Assembly: GCA_913060695.1 (NCBI GenBank)
Contig: CAJXUA010000004.1
Span: 84,612 to 148,611 of the forward strand
From: an uncultured Gammaproteobacteria bacterium
GTDB taxonomy: Bacteria; Pseudomonadota; Gammaproteobacteria; Pseudomonadales; Pseudohongiellaceae
Direction of reading: 5' to 3'
Length of the DNA: 64,000 bases
A program made the translations under genes and the position numbers. Below are positions 17,542 through 27,342 of the stretch, piece by piece (the stretch's first letter is position 1; each line of letters begins with the position of its first letter). Under the pieces are notes generated by a model. The model did no database searches. It was not told where the DNA came from and saw only the letters and a list, made by a program, of their open reading frames with translations.

Positions 17542-19245
17542 ATGACGCCTAAGCGGCATTGGTTTCCAGCATTAGTCTGGCTAAAAACTTATAACGGAGG
17601 TCATTTTTCCGGGGACCTGCTCGCCGCGATTATCGTGGTGATCATGTTGATTCCCCAGTCTCTAGCCTATGCGATGTTGGCAGGGTTGCCAGCCGAGATG
17701 GGCCTGTATGCAGGCATCACACCCTTGGTCATATATGCCCTGCTGGGCTCGAGTAGGGTGCTCTCGGTTGGGCCAGTCGCAATCATGTCGTTAATGACTG
17801 CTGCTGCGCTAGGCACGCTGGGCTTAGCTCCCGAGCAGTACATCGTGGCAGCGATAACCTTGGCGTTTATGTCCGGCGCCCTGCTAATCTTGCTGGGGTT
17901 CTTGCAACTCGGTTTTGTGGCGAATTTTATGTCACATCCCGTCGTTACCGGTTTTGTCACAGCCTCGGCCTTGATTATCGCTTTGAGTCAGGTGCAGCAT
18001 CTTCTAGGCATCACGTCCCATGGTTACACCTTGCTCGAACTTCTGTTCTCTTTGTGGGAGTCGGTACAGCAAATGAGTGGCGTGACAGTGGCGCTGGCTG
18101 CACCCACTTTGCTGTGGCTATTTTGGTCCCGGAAGGGGGTTGCCAACATACTCAAGAAGATTGGTGTTTCCCATAGTTCTGCGGTTCTAATCGGGCGCTT
18201 CTGTCCTATCTTTGCGGTGACATTTACCACTCTCATTACATGGGGGTTTGAGCTCGATACTCTGGGCGTAGCGGTCGTTGGGAGTGTGCCCACGGGGCTG
18301 CCAGAGTTCACCATGCCCTCGTTTTCGCTTGAGACTTGGAGAATGCTAGGGGGCTCGGCGATCCTGATCGCTACGATTGGCTTTGTGGAATCAATCTCGC
18401 TGGCGCAAGGTCTAGCTGCTAAGCGTCGCGAACGGATCGACCCAGACCAAGAGTTAATTGGTCTAGGTGCGGCGAACGTAGCTACTAGTTTCTTCGGCGG
18501 TTTTCCAGTGGCCGGGGGCTTCTCGCGCTCAGTCGTGAACTATGAAGCGGGTGCTGCAACCCCTGCCGCGGGGCTCTATGCTGCCCTCTTGATGGTGTTC
18601 GCAACATTGCTGTTAGTGCCCTTTCTATACTTCCTGCCGCGCGCAACACTTGCGGCCACGATTATCGCAGCAGTCTGGTCCTTGGTGGACCTAAAGATTC
18701 TGAAGACCGCTTGGTATTATTCCAAGGCGGATTTTCTAGCAGTCTTCTTTACAATCGTGCTGACGCTCGTTGCGGGCGTTGAGATCGGTGTTGCCTCTGG
18801 GGTTCTCGTATCTCTGATCGTGCATCTATACAAGACCTCTCGCCCCCATGTAGCGGTGGTAGGGGAGTTGCCCGGCACTGAGCATTTTCGCAGCGTGACT
18901 CGGCACAACGTGGAGACCCATGAGACTATCCTGTCGATCCGCATCGATGAGAGTCTCTATTTCGCCAATACTCGTTACTTGGAAGACATGATCTATGGTC
19001 TTATCGCGGAGCGGCCTAGGCTAAGCCATGTGATATTGATGTGTACCGCCGTCAACGAAGTCGACATGAGTGCGCTGGAGTCGATTCTGGAGATGAATAA
19101 ACGGCTCGATGAGCTGGGCATTAAGTTGCATCTTTCCGAGGTCAAGGGGCCTGTCATGGATCGCCTAGAACGCTCAGATTTTCTCAGCAAGCTCAGTGGC
19201 AACGTGTACTTGTCGCAACATCAGGCAGTAGAAGCCTTGAAATGA
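17542..19245 (+). CDS. SulP-family anion transporter with C-terminal STAS domain
   Basis: About 11 TM segments are followed by a STAS-like C-terminus (ILSIRIDESLYFAN...LHLSEVKGPVMDRL). Confidence 0.9.
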   Translation: MTPKRHWFPALVWLKTYNGGHFSGDLLAAIIVVIMLIPQSLAYAMLAGLPAEMGLYAGITPLVIYALLGSSRVLSVGPVAIMSLMTAAALGTLGLAPEQYIVAAITLAFMSGALLILLGFLQLGFVANFMSHPVVTGFVTASALIIALSQVQHLLGITSHGYTLLELLFSLWESVQQMSGVTVALAAPTLLWLFWSRKGVANILKKIGVSHSSAVLIGRFCPIFAVTFTTLITWGFELDTLGVAVVGSVPTGLPEFTMPSFSLETWRMLGGSAILIATIGFVESISLAQGLAAKRRERIDPDQELIGLGAANVATSFFGGFPVAGGFSRSVVNYEAGAATPAAGLYAALLMVFATLLLVPFLYFLPRATLAATIIAAVWSLVDLKILKTAWYYSKADFLAVFFTIVLTLVAGVEIGVASGVLVSLIVHLYKTSRPHVAVVGELPGTEHFRSVTRHNVETHETILSIRIDESLYFANTRYLEDMIYGLIAERPRLSHVILMCTAVNEVDMSALESILEMNKRLDELGIKLHLSEVKGPVMDRLERSDFLSKLSGNVYLSQHQAVEALK

Positions 19246-19266
19246 TAAAACTAGAATGGAACAGCG

Positions 19267-19752
19267 ATGGACGATGAGTCTAATATTCGGCGTTGTTGGC
19301 GCTTACATCAGAGCGCCGCTGGTGAGGCCTTATCGATCACCGCGTCTGGTTTTGTGGAGATTGCCAGCGCAAGCGATCTCGACATAGTACGCACTCAAGG
19401 TCAGGCAATTACGGCATTCGCGCTGGCAATCAGTGCGGGTAAACCACTCGATCATGTCGCCTATCAATGGTGTATGACCCGCTTCGAAAACTTCGTCTAC
19501 TTAGATCGTGCAGTGGTCGTTGCCAAACATAGGCGCAGTGGCATCGCGAGCGCCATGCTCACCTCTCTGCAAGAAAAGGCAAGCGCGCAGGGCAGCGAAT
19601 TGTTGCTATGCCAAGTTCATGACCGACCGGCCAATAAGTCGGGTCATCTCTTTGTGCAAAGCGTCGGCTTTACGCCGATCGAGAGCGTGATGCTACCCTC
19701 CAGAGAGATCGTCACGATGTATCAGCGCTCTATCGCTATCGCCACGCCTTGA
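19267..19752 (+). CDS. GNAT-family N-acetyltransferase
   Basis: It has the acetyl-CoA binding-type motif VVVAKHRRSGIASAML. Its 3' end overlaps the convergent thiolase gene by 31 nt. Confidence 0.6.
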   Translation: MDDESNIRRCWRLHQSAAGEALSITASGFVEIASASDLDIVRTQGQAITAFALAISAGKPLDHVAYQWCMTRFENFVYLDRAVVVAKHRRSGIASAMLTSLQEKASAQGSELLLCQVHDRPANKSGHLFVQSVGFTPIESVMLPSREIVTMYQRSIAIATP

Positions 19753-20900
19753 CCACCCCCAATACAAAGTGTGGCCAGACCTTTGTTCACGTCGCGCTTT
19801 ATCATCTCGTGCAGTAGTGTCACAAGCACTCGACAACCGGACGCACCAATCGGGTGACCCAAGGCTATGGCGCCGCCATTAACATTGAGTTTTGCCCTGT
19901 CCCATTGCAACTGTTCTGTCACTGCTAAAGCTTGTACGGCAAACGCCTCGTTAGACTCGATCAGATCGAGCTCATCTACGCGCCAACCGGCCTTGGCGAG
20001 GCAGTTGCGCGTCGCAGATACCGGTGCCATGCCCATGATGGCGGGATCGATAGCGGCATTGGCATAGGCTGAAATCTTGGCCAATGGCGAAACCCCAAGC
20101 TTATCGAGCATGGCCTTATTACACAGTACGACTGCTGCGGCACCATCGTTGAGCCCCGATGCATTGCCCGCTGTCACAGTCCCGTCCGCTTTGAAAACAG
20201 GCTTTAGGCGGGCTAATAATTCGGCGCTTGTGTCGGGACGCGGCCCCTGGTCGCTATCCACAATTATGGGGTCTCCTCTACGCTGCGGAATGCTGATAGG
20301 AAGGATCTCGGCGGCGAAGCGGTTGGCCTTCATAGCCGCAGCGGCCTTGTGCTGGGAATCGAGTGCGAAGGCATCTTGTGTCTCGCGCGAAATATTGTAT
20401 TTAGCCGCGATGTTCTCAGCGGTAATGCCCATATGATAATCGTTAAAAGCGTCCCATAGGCCATCGTGGAGCATCGAGTCTACTAGCTCCCAATTGCCCA
20501 TTTTCTGTCCCTGTCGAGCATGGGGAAGAACGTGTGCCGATTGACTCATGCTCTCCATGCCGCCAGCAACAACGAGTTGGGCATCGCCTAAGGCGATTGA
20601 CTGCGCGCCAAGATGCACAGCTTTGAGGCCTGAGCCGCACACCTTGTTGATGGTCATAGCGGGAGTCTGATTGCCGATTCCTGCGCGTATGCTGGCCTGT
20701 CGAGCCGTGTTCTGACCGCAGCCGGCGGTCAGAACATGACCGAGTATCACCTCGTCTATCAAACTTGGATCAATCTTATATTTATCGAGTAGTTGGAAGA
20801 TCACTTGGCTGCCTAGATCGACGGCGGAGAGCTCTGCTAACAACCCTTGGAAATTGCCTATGGCACTGCGGCCCGCGGCGATAATATAAACGTCTTGCAT
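19722..20900 (-). CDS. atoB: Acetyl-CoA C-acetyltransferase (thiolase II)
   Basis: The active-site Cys is in NKVCGSGLKA, and the C-terminus reads NGGAIALGHPIGASG...CIGGGQGVAIAIER. Confidence 0.93.
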   Translation of the reverse strand: MQDVYIIAAGRSAIGNFQGLLAELSAVDLGSQVIFQLLDKYKIDPSLIDEVILGHVLTAGCGQNTARQASIRAGIGNQTPAMTINKVCGSGLKAVHLGAQSIALGDAQLVVAGGMESMSQSAHVLPHARQGQKMGNWELVDSMLHDGLWDAFNDYHMGITAENIAAKYNISRETQDAFALDSQHKAAAAMKANRFAAEILPISIPQRRGDPIIVDSDQGPRPDTSAELLARLKPVFKADGTVTAGNASGLNDGAAAVVLCNKAMLDKLGVSPLAKISAYANAAIDPAIMGMAPVSATRNCLAKAGWRVDELDLIESNEAFAVQALAVTEQLQWDRAKLNVNGGAIALGHPIGASGCRVLVTLLHEMIKRDVNKGLATLCIGGGQGVAIAIER

Positions 20901-20952
20901 AAACCCCCCACAATGAATTTGTCTCTATGCGCTTCTATGTTTGTTAAGCGCG

Positions 20953-22890
20953 CTAGCGATTCACCCTATTTTCGATTAATTGATCCACGACAGCCGGATC
21001 CGCCAGCGTCGATGTATCGCCCATATTCTCTAATTCGTTTGCCGCGATCTTACGTAGAATTCTACGCATGATTTTGCCGGAACGGGTCTTCGGTAGACCT
21101 GGCGCGAATTGGATGATCTCTGGACGCGCGAATGCCCCGATCTCGTTGGCCACGAAAGCCAATAGGTTTTTACGAACGGCATCGCTGGCCTCTATACCAT
21201 GCATCAGTGTGACATACGCATAGATGCCCTGACCCTTGATGTCGTGTGGGTAACCCACCACCGCTGCCTCTGCAACTTGCGGGTGCAGTACTAGCGCACT
21301 TTCGATCTCTGCCGTACCGAGCCGGTGTCCCGACACGTTGATAACATCGTCTACACGTCCCGTAATCCAATAGTAACCGTCGGCGTCACGCCGCGCGCTA
21401 TCGCCAGTGAAGTAGTAGCCCGGGTAGGCTTTGAAATAGGTATCAATACAGCGCTGATGATCTCCGTAAACCGTGCGAATCTGACTTGGCCAGCTCGCGC
21501 ATAGTACGAGGTTTCCTGTGGCAGGGCCCTTCATTTCATTGCCTTCTGCATCGAGTAAGGCGGGTTGCACGCCGAAGAAGGGGAGAGTTGCGGAGCCCGG
21601 TTTCAGGTCTGTTACGCCCGGCAGAGGCGTAATCATTATGCCTCCTGTCTCAGTCTGCCACCAAGTATCGACGATTGGGCAGCGGCCCTCGCCGACCACA
21701 TCGTAATACCATTGCCATGCCTCAGGATTGATAGGTTCTCCTACGGAACCGAGCAGGCGCAAGGATGCGCGAGACGTCTTGAGCACGGGTTCATTTCCGG
21801 CTGCCATGAGCGCGCGAATGGCCGTGGGGGCGGTGTAGAGTATGTTGACCTGATGCTTGTCTATGACCTGCCAAAAGCGGGAGACATCTGGATAAGTTGG
21901 AACTCCCTCAAAAATAAGTGTCGTGGCGCCATTCGCTAGTGGTCCGTAGACTATGTAGCTGTGTCCAGTGACCCAACCAACGTCGGCGGTACACCAGTAA
22001 ATGTCGCCGTCTTGATAATCGAATACGTAGCGGTGAGTGATTGCCGCGCCGAGTAGATAGCCTGCGCTGGTGTGCAGGACGCCTTTAGGCTTTCCGGTAG
22101 AGCCGGAAGTATAGAGGATGAAAAGAGGATCTTCGGCATCCATGACTTCGGGTTCGCAATCGCTGCTCATCGATGCACATATTTCGTGATACCAGACATC
22201 GCGTCCCTCGTGCCACTGCACCTCGGCGCCCGTGTGCTGCACGACTAAGACGGTATGGACTGCGGGGCAATGCTCTAGCGCCTTGTCGACATTGTGTTTC
22301 AGCGCGATGCGCTTGCCGCCGCGCACGCCTTGATCTGCCGTGATCACGACGCGGCAATCGGAATCGAGAATGCGGTCCTTAATCGCTTCAGGCGAGAAGC
22401 CGCCAAACACCACAGAATGGACTGCGCCAATGCGAGCGCAGGCCAACATGGCATATGTGGCCTCTGGAATCATTGGCATGTAAATGCTGACACGGTCACC
22501 CTTGCCAACGCCGCGCGCGCGCAGAGAATTGGCGAGCTCGCCAACGCGCTCGTACATGGTTTGATAGCTAATGTGGGCGCTGTCCTCGGGGTTATCGCCC
22601 TCCCAGATCAGCGCAGTTTGTTGGGCGCGCGTGGGGAGGTGCCTATCGATACAGTTTACGCAGACATTCAGTTTGCCACCTTCGAACCAGCGCACCTCGG
22701 ACTTGCTGAACTCTCCTGAATACACTTTCTTCCAAGGGCTTATCCAATCGAGGAAGTCCTCGGCTTGCTGCGACCAGAATGCCTCTGGATCATGGATCGA
22801 CTGCTGATACATTTTTTGATATTGCTCGCTGACGATTAGGCTTTTGGCAGCCACATCTGCGGGCACTGGGTAGAGGCGACTATCAGACAT
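20953..22890 (-). CDS. acs: Acetyl-CoA synthetase
   Basis: It has the AMP-binding motif [11 protein letters not shown] and the C-terminal segment [11 protein letters not shown]. The start was moved to [10 protein letters not shown], giving 645 aa. Confidence 0.95.
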   Translation of the reverse strand: MSDSRLYPVPADVAAKSLIVSEQYQKMYQQSIHDPEAFWSQQAEDFLDWISPWKKVYSGEFSKSEVRWFEGGKLNVCVNCIDRHLPTRAQQTALIWEGDNPEDSAHISYQTMYERVGELANSLRARGVGKGDRVSIYMPMIPEATYAMLACARIGAVHSVVFGGFSPEAIKDRILDSDCRVVITADQGVRGGKRIALKHNVDKALEHCPAVHTVLVVQHTGAEVQWHEGRDVWYHEICASMSSDCEPEVMDAEDPLFILYTSGSTGKPKGVLHTSAGYLLGAAITHRYVFDYQDGDIYWCTADVGWVTGHSYIVYGPLANGATTLIFEGVPTYPDVSRFWQVIDKHQVNILYTAPTAIRALMAAGNEPVLKTSRASLRLLGSVGEPINPEAWQWYYDVVGEGRCPIVDTWWQTETGGIMITPLPGVTDLKPGSATLPFFGVQPALLDAEGNEMKGPATGNLVLCASWPSQIRTVYGDHQRCIDTYFKAYPGYYFTGDSARRDADGYYWITGRVDDVINVSGHRLGTAEIESALVLHPQVAEAAVVGYPHDIKGQGIYAYVTLMHGIEASDAVRKNLLAFVANEIGAFARPEIIQFAPGLPKTRSGKIMRRILRKIAANELENMGDTSTLADPAVVDQLIENRVNR

Positions 22891-23046
22891 TGCACGTGTC
22901 CTGTGAAAGGGTTTTGATCGAAAAATATTATTCAAGTCAGGCGCCCGCAAAGGGGGCGAAATGCTTGTGCTGCTCAAGTTTTAGCAGGTTTTGGACGGTG
23001 AGTAAAATCTCCCTACCCATCCTTACTGCTGTGGCGGGGATGGGAA

Positions 23047-23892
23047 CTAGCGGTCGAAACGAAGATTGTCGATGAGGCGTGTCTTGCCCATCCAGGCCGC
23101 GGCGAGAATCACGAGGGCTTTGGCCTGCGGACTGGGCGGCTCTAAGCTATCGGCAGCGCAGACACTGAAATAGTCAGGCTTGAAATCGGCGGCTACTAAG
23201 CGCTGCCTCGCCTTGGCCTCCACATCGCCTATAGCGGCGCCCTGTAGAAGGGCCTCAGAGGCCCATTGTAGGGTTTCATTCAATGCCGCCGCCTTGGCCT
23301 TCTGAGCAGGGCTTAAATAGCCATTGCGCGAGCTCAACGCCAATCCGCTAGGCTCGCGCTGGGTAGGGACCCCGATGATGTCGATTGGTTGGCAAAGATC
23401 TGCAACCATCTTCTGAATTACCCGAAATTGCTGATAATCCTTGAGCCCGAACAAGGCGGTGTGGGGTTGCACCATATTGAATAACTTGCTCACTACGGTA
23501 GCAACGCCATCGAAATGCCCAGGCCTACTTGCGCCGCAGTAAGCGCTCGATAGACCGGGCACTGAGACCACCGTGTGTTGTGAGTGTCCCAGTGGATACA
23601 TCTGCGCGACTGTGGGGGTGAAGAGGAAATCGCATTGGGCAGCTTCAAGCTTCTCTTGATCCTGTTCGAGAGTGCGAGGATAAGAGTCGAGGTCTTCGTT
23701 CTGCCCGAACTGCATGGGATTTACGAAGATCGTGCAGACTACTATGTCGGCATACTGGCGGGCCTGCTCTACAAGGTAGATATGGCCGGCGTGCAGGTTT
23801 CCCATGGTCGGCACGAGCGCAATACGTTGCCCCGAAGAGCGCAGCTGCGTCAGCTTCTCTCTAAGTGTTTGAATACTGCTCAGCGTCTGCAT
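23047..23892 (-). CDS. panC: Pantoate--beta-alanine ligase
   Basis: It has PTMGNLHAGH, is 281 aa, and lies downstream of panB. Confidence 0.95.
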   Translation of the reverse strand: MQTLSSIQTLREKLTQLRSSGQRIALVPTMGNLHAGHIYLVEQARQYADIVVCTIFVNPMQFGQNEDLDSYPRTLEQDQEKLEAAQCDFLFTPTVAQMYPLGHSQHTVVSVPGLSSAYCGASRPGHFDGVATVVSKLFNMVQPHTALFGLKDYQQFRVIQKMVADLCQPIDIIGVPTQREPSGLALSSRNGYLSPAQKAKAAALNETLQWASEALLQGAAIGDVEAKARQRLVAADFKPDYFSVCAADSLEPPSPQAKALVILAAAWMGKTRLIDNLRFDR

Positions 23893-23904
23893 TTCTCAGG
23901 GACT

Positions 23905-24738
23905 CTAGTCGAAGCTGTGTTCGGGGCCGGGGAATTGTTTGTTCTTCACTTGCTGAACGAAGCCCTGCAAGGCGCCACGAATCCCGTCTTCTGAGTCTTT
24001 CAGAAAATTCTTTACGAATTTCGGCGTAATGGGGGATATTCCCAGAAGGTCATGCAGGACCATGACTTGGGCATCGGTATCCGGCCCTGCGCCAATTCCG
24101 ATTACTGGGATTGTCAGCATCTCACTGATCTGACGCGCTAAGGTCTGAGGTACGCATTCGAGCAACAGGATACTGGCCCCCGATGCCTCCAATAGCTGCG
24201 CCTCGGCGATCATGCTCTCGGCCTGGCGTGGATCGCGACCCTGCACGTGATAGCCGCCGATGCGGTTGATCGACTGCGGTGTTAAGCCCATATGGGCGCA
24301 TACCGGAATGCCGCGTTCGGCCAGTAGATGGGTCGAGTTCGCGATCCAGGCTCCGCCCTCGATCTTGATCATCTGAGCGCCGGCGCGCATTAGCGTGGCG
24401 GCATTCTCGAGGGTCTGGGTTTCAGAGGCGTAGCTCATGAAGGGCATGTCACCAACGATGAACGCACCACGGTTGCCTCGTTTCACGCTGCTGATGTGGT
24501 AGACCATATCGTCCATCGTGACCGGTAGCGTGCTGTCGTGTCCTTGTAACACCATGCCCAGAGAGTCGCCTACCAATATAACCTCTACACCGGCTTCGCT
24601 GACTAATTGCGCGAAGCAAGCATCGTAGGCTGTGAGGCAGGTGAATTTCTCGCCGCTCTGCTTGAGCTTTATGAGGGTGCTCAAGGTAGTTGCGCGGCGA
24701 GTGGTCTGGGCGACGTTAGGGGAAGACTGAGAGCTCAT
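23905..24738 (-). CDS. panB: 3-methyl-2-oxobutanoate hydroxymethyltransferase
   Basis: It has the typical LVGDSLGMV and KIEGG motifs and is 277 aa. Confidence 0.95.
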   Translation of the reverse strand: MSSQSSPNVAQTTRRATTLSTLIKLKQSGEKFTCLTAYDACFAQLVSEAGVEVILVGDSLGMVLQGHDSTLPVTMDDMVYHISSVKRGNRGAFIVGDMPFMSYASETQTLENAATLMRAGAQMIKIEGGAWIANSTHLLAERGIPVCAHMGLTPQSINRIGGYHVQGRDPRQAESMIAEAQLLEASGASILLLECVPQTLARQISEMLTIPVIGIGAGPDTDAQVMVLHDLLGISPITPKFVKNFLKDSEDGIRGALQGFVQQVKNKQFPGPEHSFD

Positions 24739-24756
24739 AATGATCCACCAGTGGGA

Positions 24757-25437
24757 TTACAGGAGGCTGGGTTTCGGATTGAAATAATGTGTCCCATTGG
24801 AACATGCCAGAATCTGAGTTACGAGGAGCTGATAATCGTCCTCATTGCCGACAAGGTCAATCTCGGCACAATTCACAATTAGGAGTGGACTCTTATCGTA
24901 ATAGTGGAAGAAGTCCGTGTAGGCGACGTTCAACCGTTCGAGGTAGTCGCTGTGAATATTTTGTTCTGCGTCGATACCGCGCTTCTGGATGCGCTCCATC
25001 AGGACATCCGCAGGTGCCTGCAGATAAACCACCAGATCGGGCACGGGGGCGTCGATGGTCAGGTGATTGTAGACCTGTTGATAGAGCGCGAACTCGTCGG
25101 CGTCCAGATTCTGTCGGGCGAAAAGAGGATCTTTGTCGATCAGGAAATCCGCTACGCGTACCTGCTCGAATAGATCGTCTTGGCGTAGATCCTGAATCTG
25201 GCGCGAGCGCTGAAACAGGAAGAACAATTGGGTGGCCAGGGCATTGCGCTTGGGGTCGTGATAGAAGCGCTCGAGGAAGGGGTTCTCTTCGGGTAGCTCT
25301 AGCAGTGTATCGTAGTGGAAAGTCTCGGCGAGGCGCTTCGTTAGGCTGGTTTTGCCAACCCCAATAGGACCCTCCACGGCGATAAATCGCGGCGCAGTTA
25401 TGGTGGGTTGCTGTGCGGAAATAGGACTTGCTTTCAC
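24757..25437 (-). CDS. Deoxynucleoside kinase family protein
   Basis: It has the P-loop VEGPIGVGKTSL and a dNK-like FLFQR/DFLI core. There is a 4-nt overlap with the pcnB stop. Confidence 0.8.
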   Translation of the reverse strand: MKASPISAQQPTITAPRFIAVEGPIGVGKTSLTKRLAETFHYDTLLELPEENPFLERFYHDPKRNALATQLFFLFQRSRQIQDLRQDDLFEQVRVADFLIDKDPLFARQNLDADEFALYQQVYNHLTIDAPVPDLVVYLQAPADVLMERIQKRGIDAEQNIHSDYLERLNVAYTDFFHYYDKSPLLIVNCAEIDLVGNEDDYQLLVTQILACSNGTHYFNPKPSLL

Positions 25438-26918
25438 GCCTTGTCACCTGCCTCGCTGGGGGGCTTGCGATTGGGTTTGCGGCGGCGTCGGCGCTTGGTG
25501 CCACCGCCTTTACCTAAACCTTCGAGCATTTGCTCTCGTTGGTTTTTATCAGCAATCTGGAAATCAGTCCACCACTGACCGATACCGCCGAGCTCCTCGC
25601 CTGCTTCTTCGCGAAGTAACAAGAAGTCATAACCGGCACGGAAACGGGGGTGGTCAAATACAGTCTCGGCGGCGCGGCGAGTCCGCACTTGTAAGCGTAG
25701 CTGTAACTCCCAAATCTCTCGAGTCGCGATGGAGAAGCGCTTCGGAATTGCCGTGATCTTGATCTGTTTCAGGATGACTTGATTCGCAGCCTCCTGCTGT
25801 TCTGGCAGGGTCGGTAACTTGCCATCGAGACTCTTTTGCAACTGCTTCTGCAAGGGAGCCCACAGAATGGCCCCATACAAGAATGCGGGAGTGACTGTTT
25901 TGCCTTGGGCGAGACGGTGATCGGTATTGCGCATCGCAAGAGTTAGGAGTTTTGCCTCTGGCGTTTGTGGATCTTTCGTGCAGGCCATAGCGGCGGGGAA
26001 CAGCACCTCACCAATCTTAAACTGACGCAATAACTCAAAGGTCTTCTCGGCCTGACCGCCAGTTAGCAGTTTCAATGTCTCGTCGAAGATGCGTGCCGGT
26101 GAGATTGATTCCAGTAAAGGAGCCAATTCATTCATCGGTGCGCGGGTATTCTTCTCGATGTCGAAACCGAGTTTGGCGGCGAAACGCACTGCGCGCAGCA
26201 GGCGTACCGGGTCTTCTCTGTAGCGAGTGGCTGGGTCGCCGATCATGCGCAAGAGTCGGTTCTCGATGTCTTGAAGGCCGTTTGCAAAATCGATAATGCG
26301 GAAACCATCGATCGTGTAATAGAGGGCATTCGCAGTGAAATCGCGACGTACTGCGTCGTCATTGATGTTGCCGTAAACGTTGTCGCGCAGGATCATGCCG
26401 GCGCTGGAGTGTGCGGAGTCTAGCCCCTTGATGCTGCGATTTGTTGTGTTCTCTTTGAATTCATTCTCAGGCGCGTGATGCGCGCGGAAGGTGGTGACTT
26501 CGATGATCTCGCGCCCGAAACGCAGGTGAATGATCTTAAAGCGCCGGCCTATAATCATGGCATTGCGGAACAGTTGCTTGATCTGCTCAGGGGTGGCATT
26601 GGTCGAAATATCGAAGTCTTTTGGCTTGTCGCCAAGAAGGAGGTCACGCACTCCTCCGCCTACTAGAAACGCGTGATAGCCGGCATCGTTGAGGCGATAG
26701 AGTACTTTCACAGCATTCGGAGAAATGCTCTTGCGGGAGATGCAATGGTCTTCGCGCTCAATGACATCCGCATCGGAAAGATCGAGGTCGCTCAAACTGG
26801 CACGGCCAGCCGAAGGGTTTCCACGCGCCTGGTCAGGCTTGGAAATGTGGGGCTCGTCCTGGGGCGTTGCCGCCTTGTTACGTTTGCCGAAGAGCGCTTT
26901 GCTTAGCTTTCTTAACAT
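25434..26918 (-). CDS. pcnB: Poly(A) polymerase I
   Basis: It has the nucleotidyltransferase head LVGGGVRDLLLG...DFDI and a basic C-terminal tail. Confidence 0.93.
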   Translation of the reverse strand: MLRKLSKALFGKRNKAATPQDEPHISKPDQARGNPSAGRASLSDLDLSDADVIEREDHCISRKSISPNAVKVLYRLNDAGYHAFLVGGGVRDLLLGDKPKDFDISTNATPEQIKQLFRNAMIIGRRFKIIHLRFGREIIEVTTFRAHHAPENEFKENTTNRSIKGLDSAHSSAGMILRDNVYGNINDDAVRRDFTANALYYTIDGFRIIDFANGLQDIENRLLRMIGDPATRYREDPVRLLRAVRFAAKLGFDIEKNTRAPMNELAPLLESISPARIFDETLKLLTGGQAEKTFELLRQFKIGEVLFPAAMACTKDPQTPEAKLLTLAMRNTDHRLAQGKTVTPAFLYGAILWAPLQKQLQKSLDGKLPTLPEQQEAANQVILKQIKITAIPKRFSIATREIWELQLRLQVRTRRAAETVFDHPRFRAGYDFLLLREEAGEELGGIGQWWTDFQIADKNQREQMLEGLGKGGGTKRRRRRKPNRKPPSEAGDKA

Positions 26919-27065
26919 CTAAATTTAGGATCCATTGACCGCAGCCACTTCGCCATCGATACACCATTATAGGGGCATGCGTGCGAGCACAACGTGATTC
27001 ATCATTAAAACTAATGGGAATGGTGCGGGATAATACACCGAAACAAGGGAAATTAGCAGGAGGAA

Positions 27066-27316
27066 ATGCTTTGGGGGGCGAGTACAGCCCCCCCGCAAGG
27101 AAGGTAATTTAGTTTTATTATTCTTATTAGACTAATCAGGCACCAAATACAGCACCGCAAAGCATTTTTTTATGAACCAGTACCGCCAGTTAGATAACAA
27201 ATCGGTTCTCTACGCACTGACAATCTACTTCTTTATTGTTGTTTTTCGTTGCACTCACAATGTAGTGCTATTTTTATTTTTATTGGCTTTCGTTGTTATT
27301 ATTTATTGTTATTGTG
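27066..27316 (-). ncRNA. crcZ: Candidate CrcZ-like Hfq/Crc-sequestering sRNA
   Basis: It lies downstream of a minus-strand sigma-54 promoter. Four clusters of AAnAAnAA motifs are present, for example AAUAACAAUAAAUAAUAACAA, AAUAAAAAUAAAAAUA, AAAAACAACAAUAAAGAA and AAUAAGAAUAAUAAAA. It ends at the GGGGGGC/GCCCCCC hairpin (27073-27094). Its position between cbrB and pcnB matches Pseudomonas. The 3' end is uncertain because there is no U-tract. Confidence 0.55.
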
Positions 27317-27326
27317 TCGTACATAG

Positions 27327-27342
27327 AGCATTAACCGTGCCA
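27327..27342 (-). promoter_or_regulatory. Sigma-54 (-24/-12) promoter
   Basis: The minus strand reads TGGCACGGTTAATGCT. The -24 half TGGCACG is perfect, and the GC of the -12 element is at the canonical spacing. Confidence 0.65.

Noticed and set aside
20953-22977. N-terminal extensions given by the ORF track for acs, hisG (58539), the SSS symporter (45925), hppA (40042), cspA (13135), the EF-hand protein (7919) and the DUF2975-like protein (5099)
   Set aside because: In each case an internal ATG reproduces the family-typical N-terminus or signal peptide, and often restores ATGA/TGATG coupling with the neighbour. The upstream extensions are Arg/Pro/Cys-rich, unlike real leaders.
24789-25504. 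Two long alternative-frame ORFs (192 aa on the plus strand, 203 aa on the minus strand) overlapping the deoxynucleoside kinase gene
   Set aside because: Their translations are Arg/Pro/Gly-rich and have no motifs. The dNK frame has a P-loop and is coupled to pcnB.
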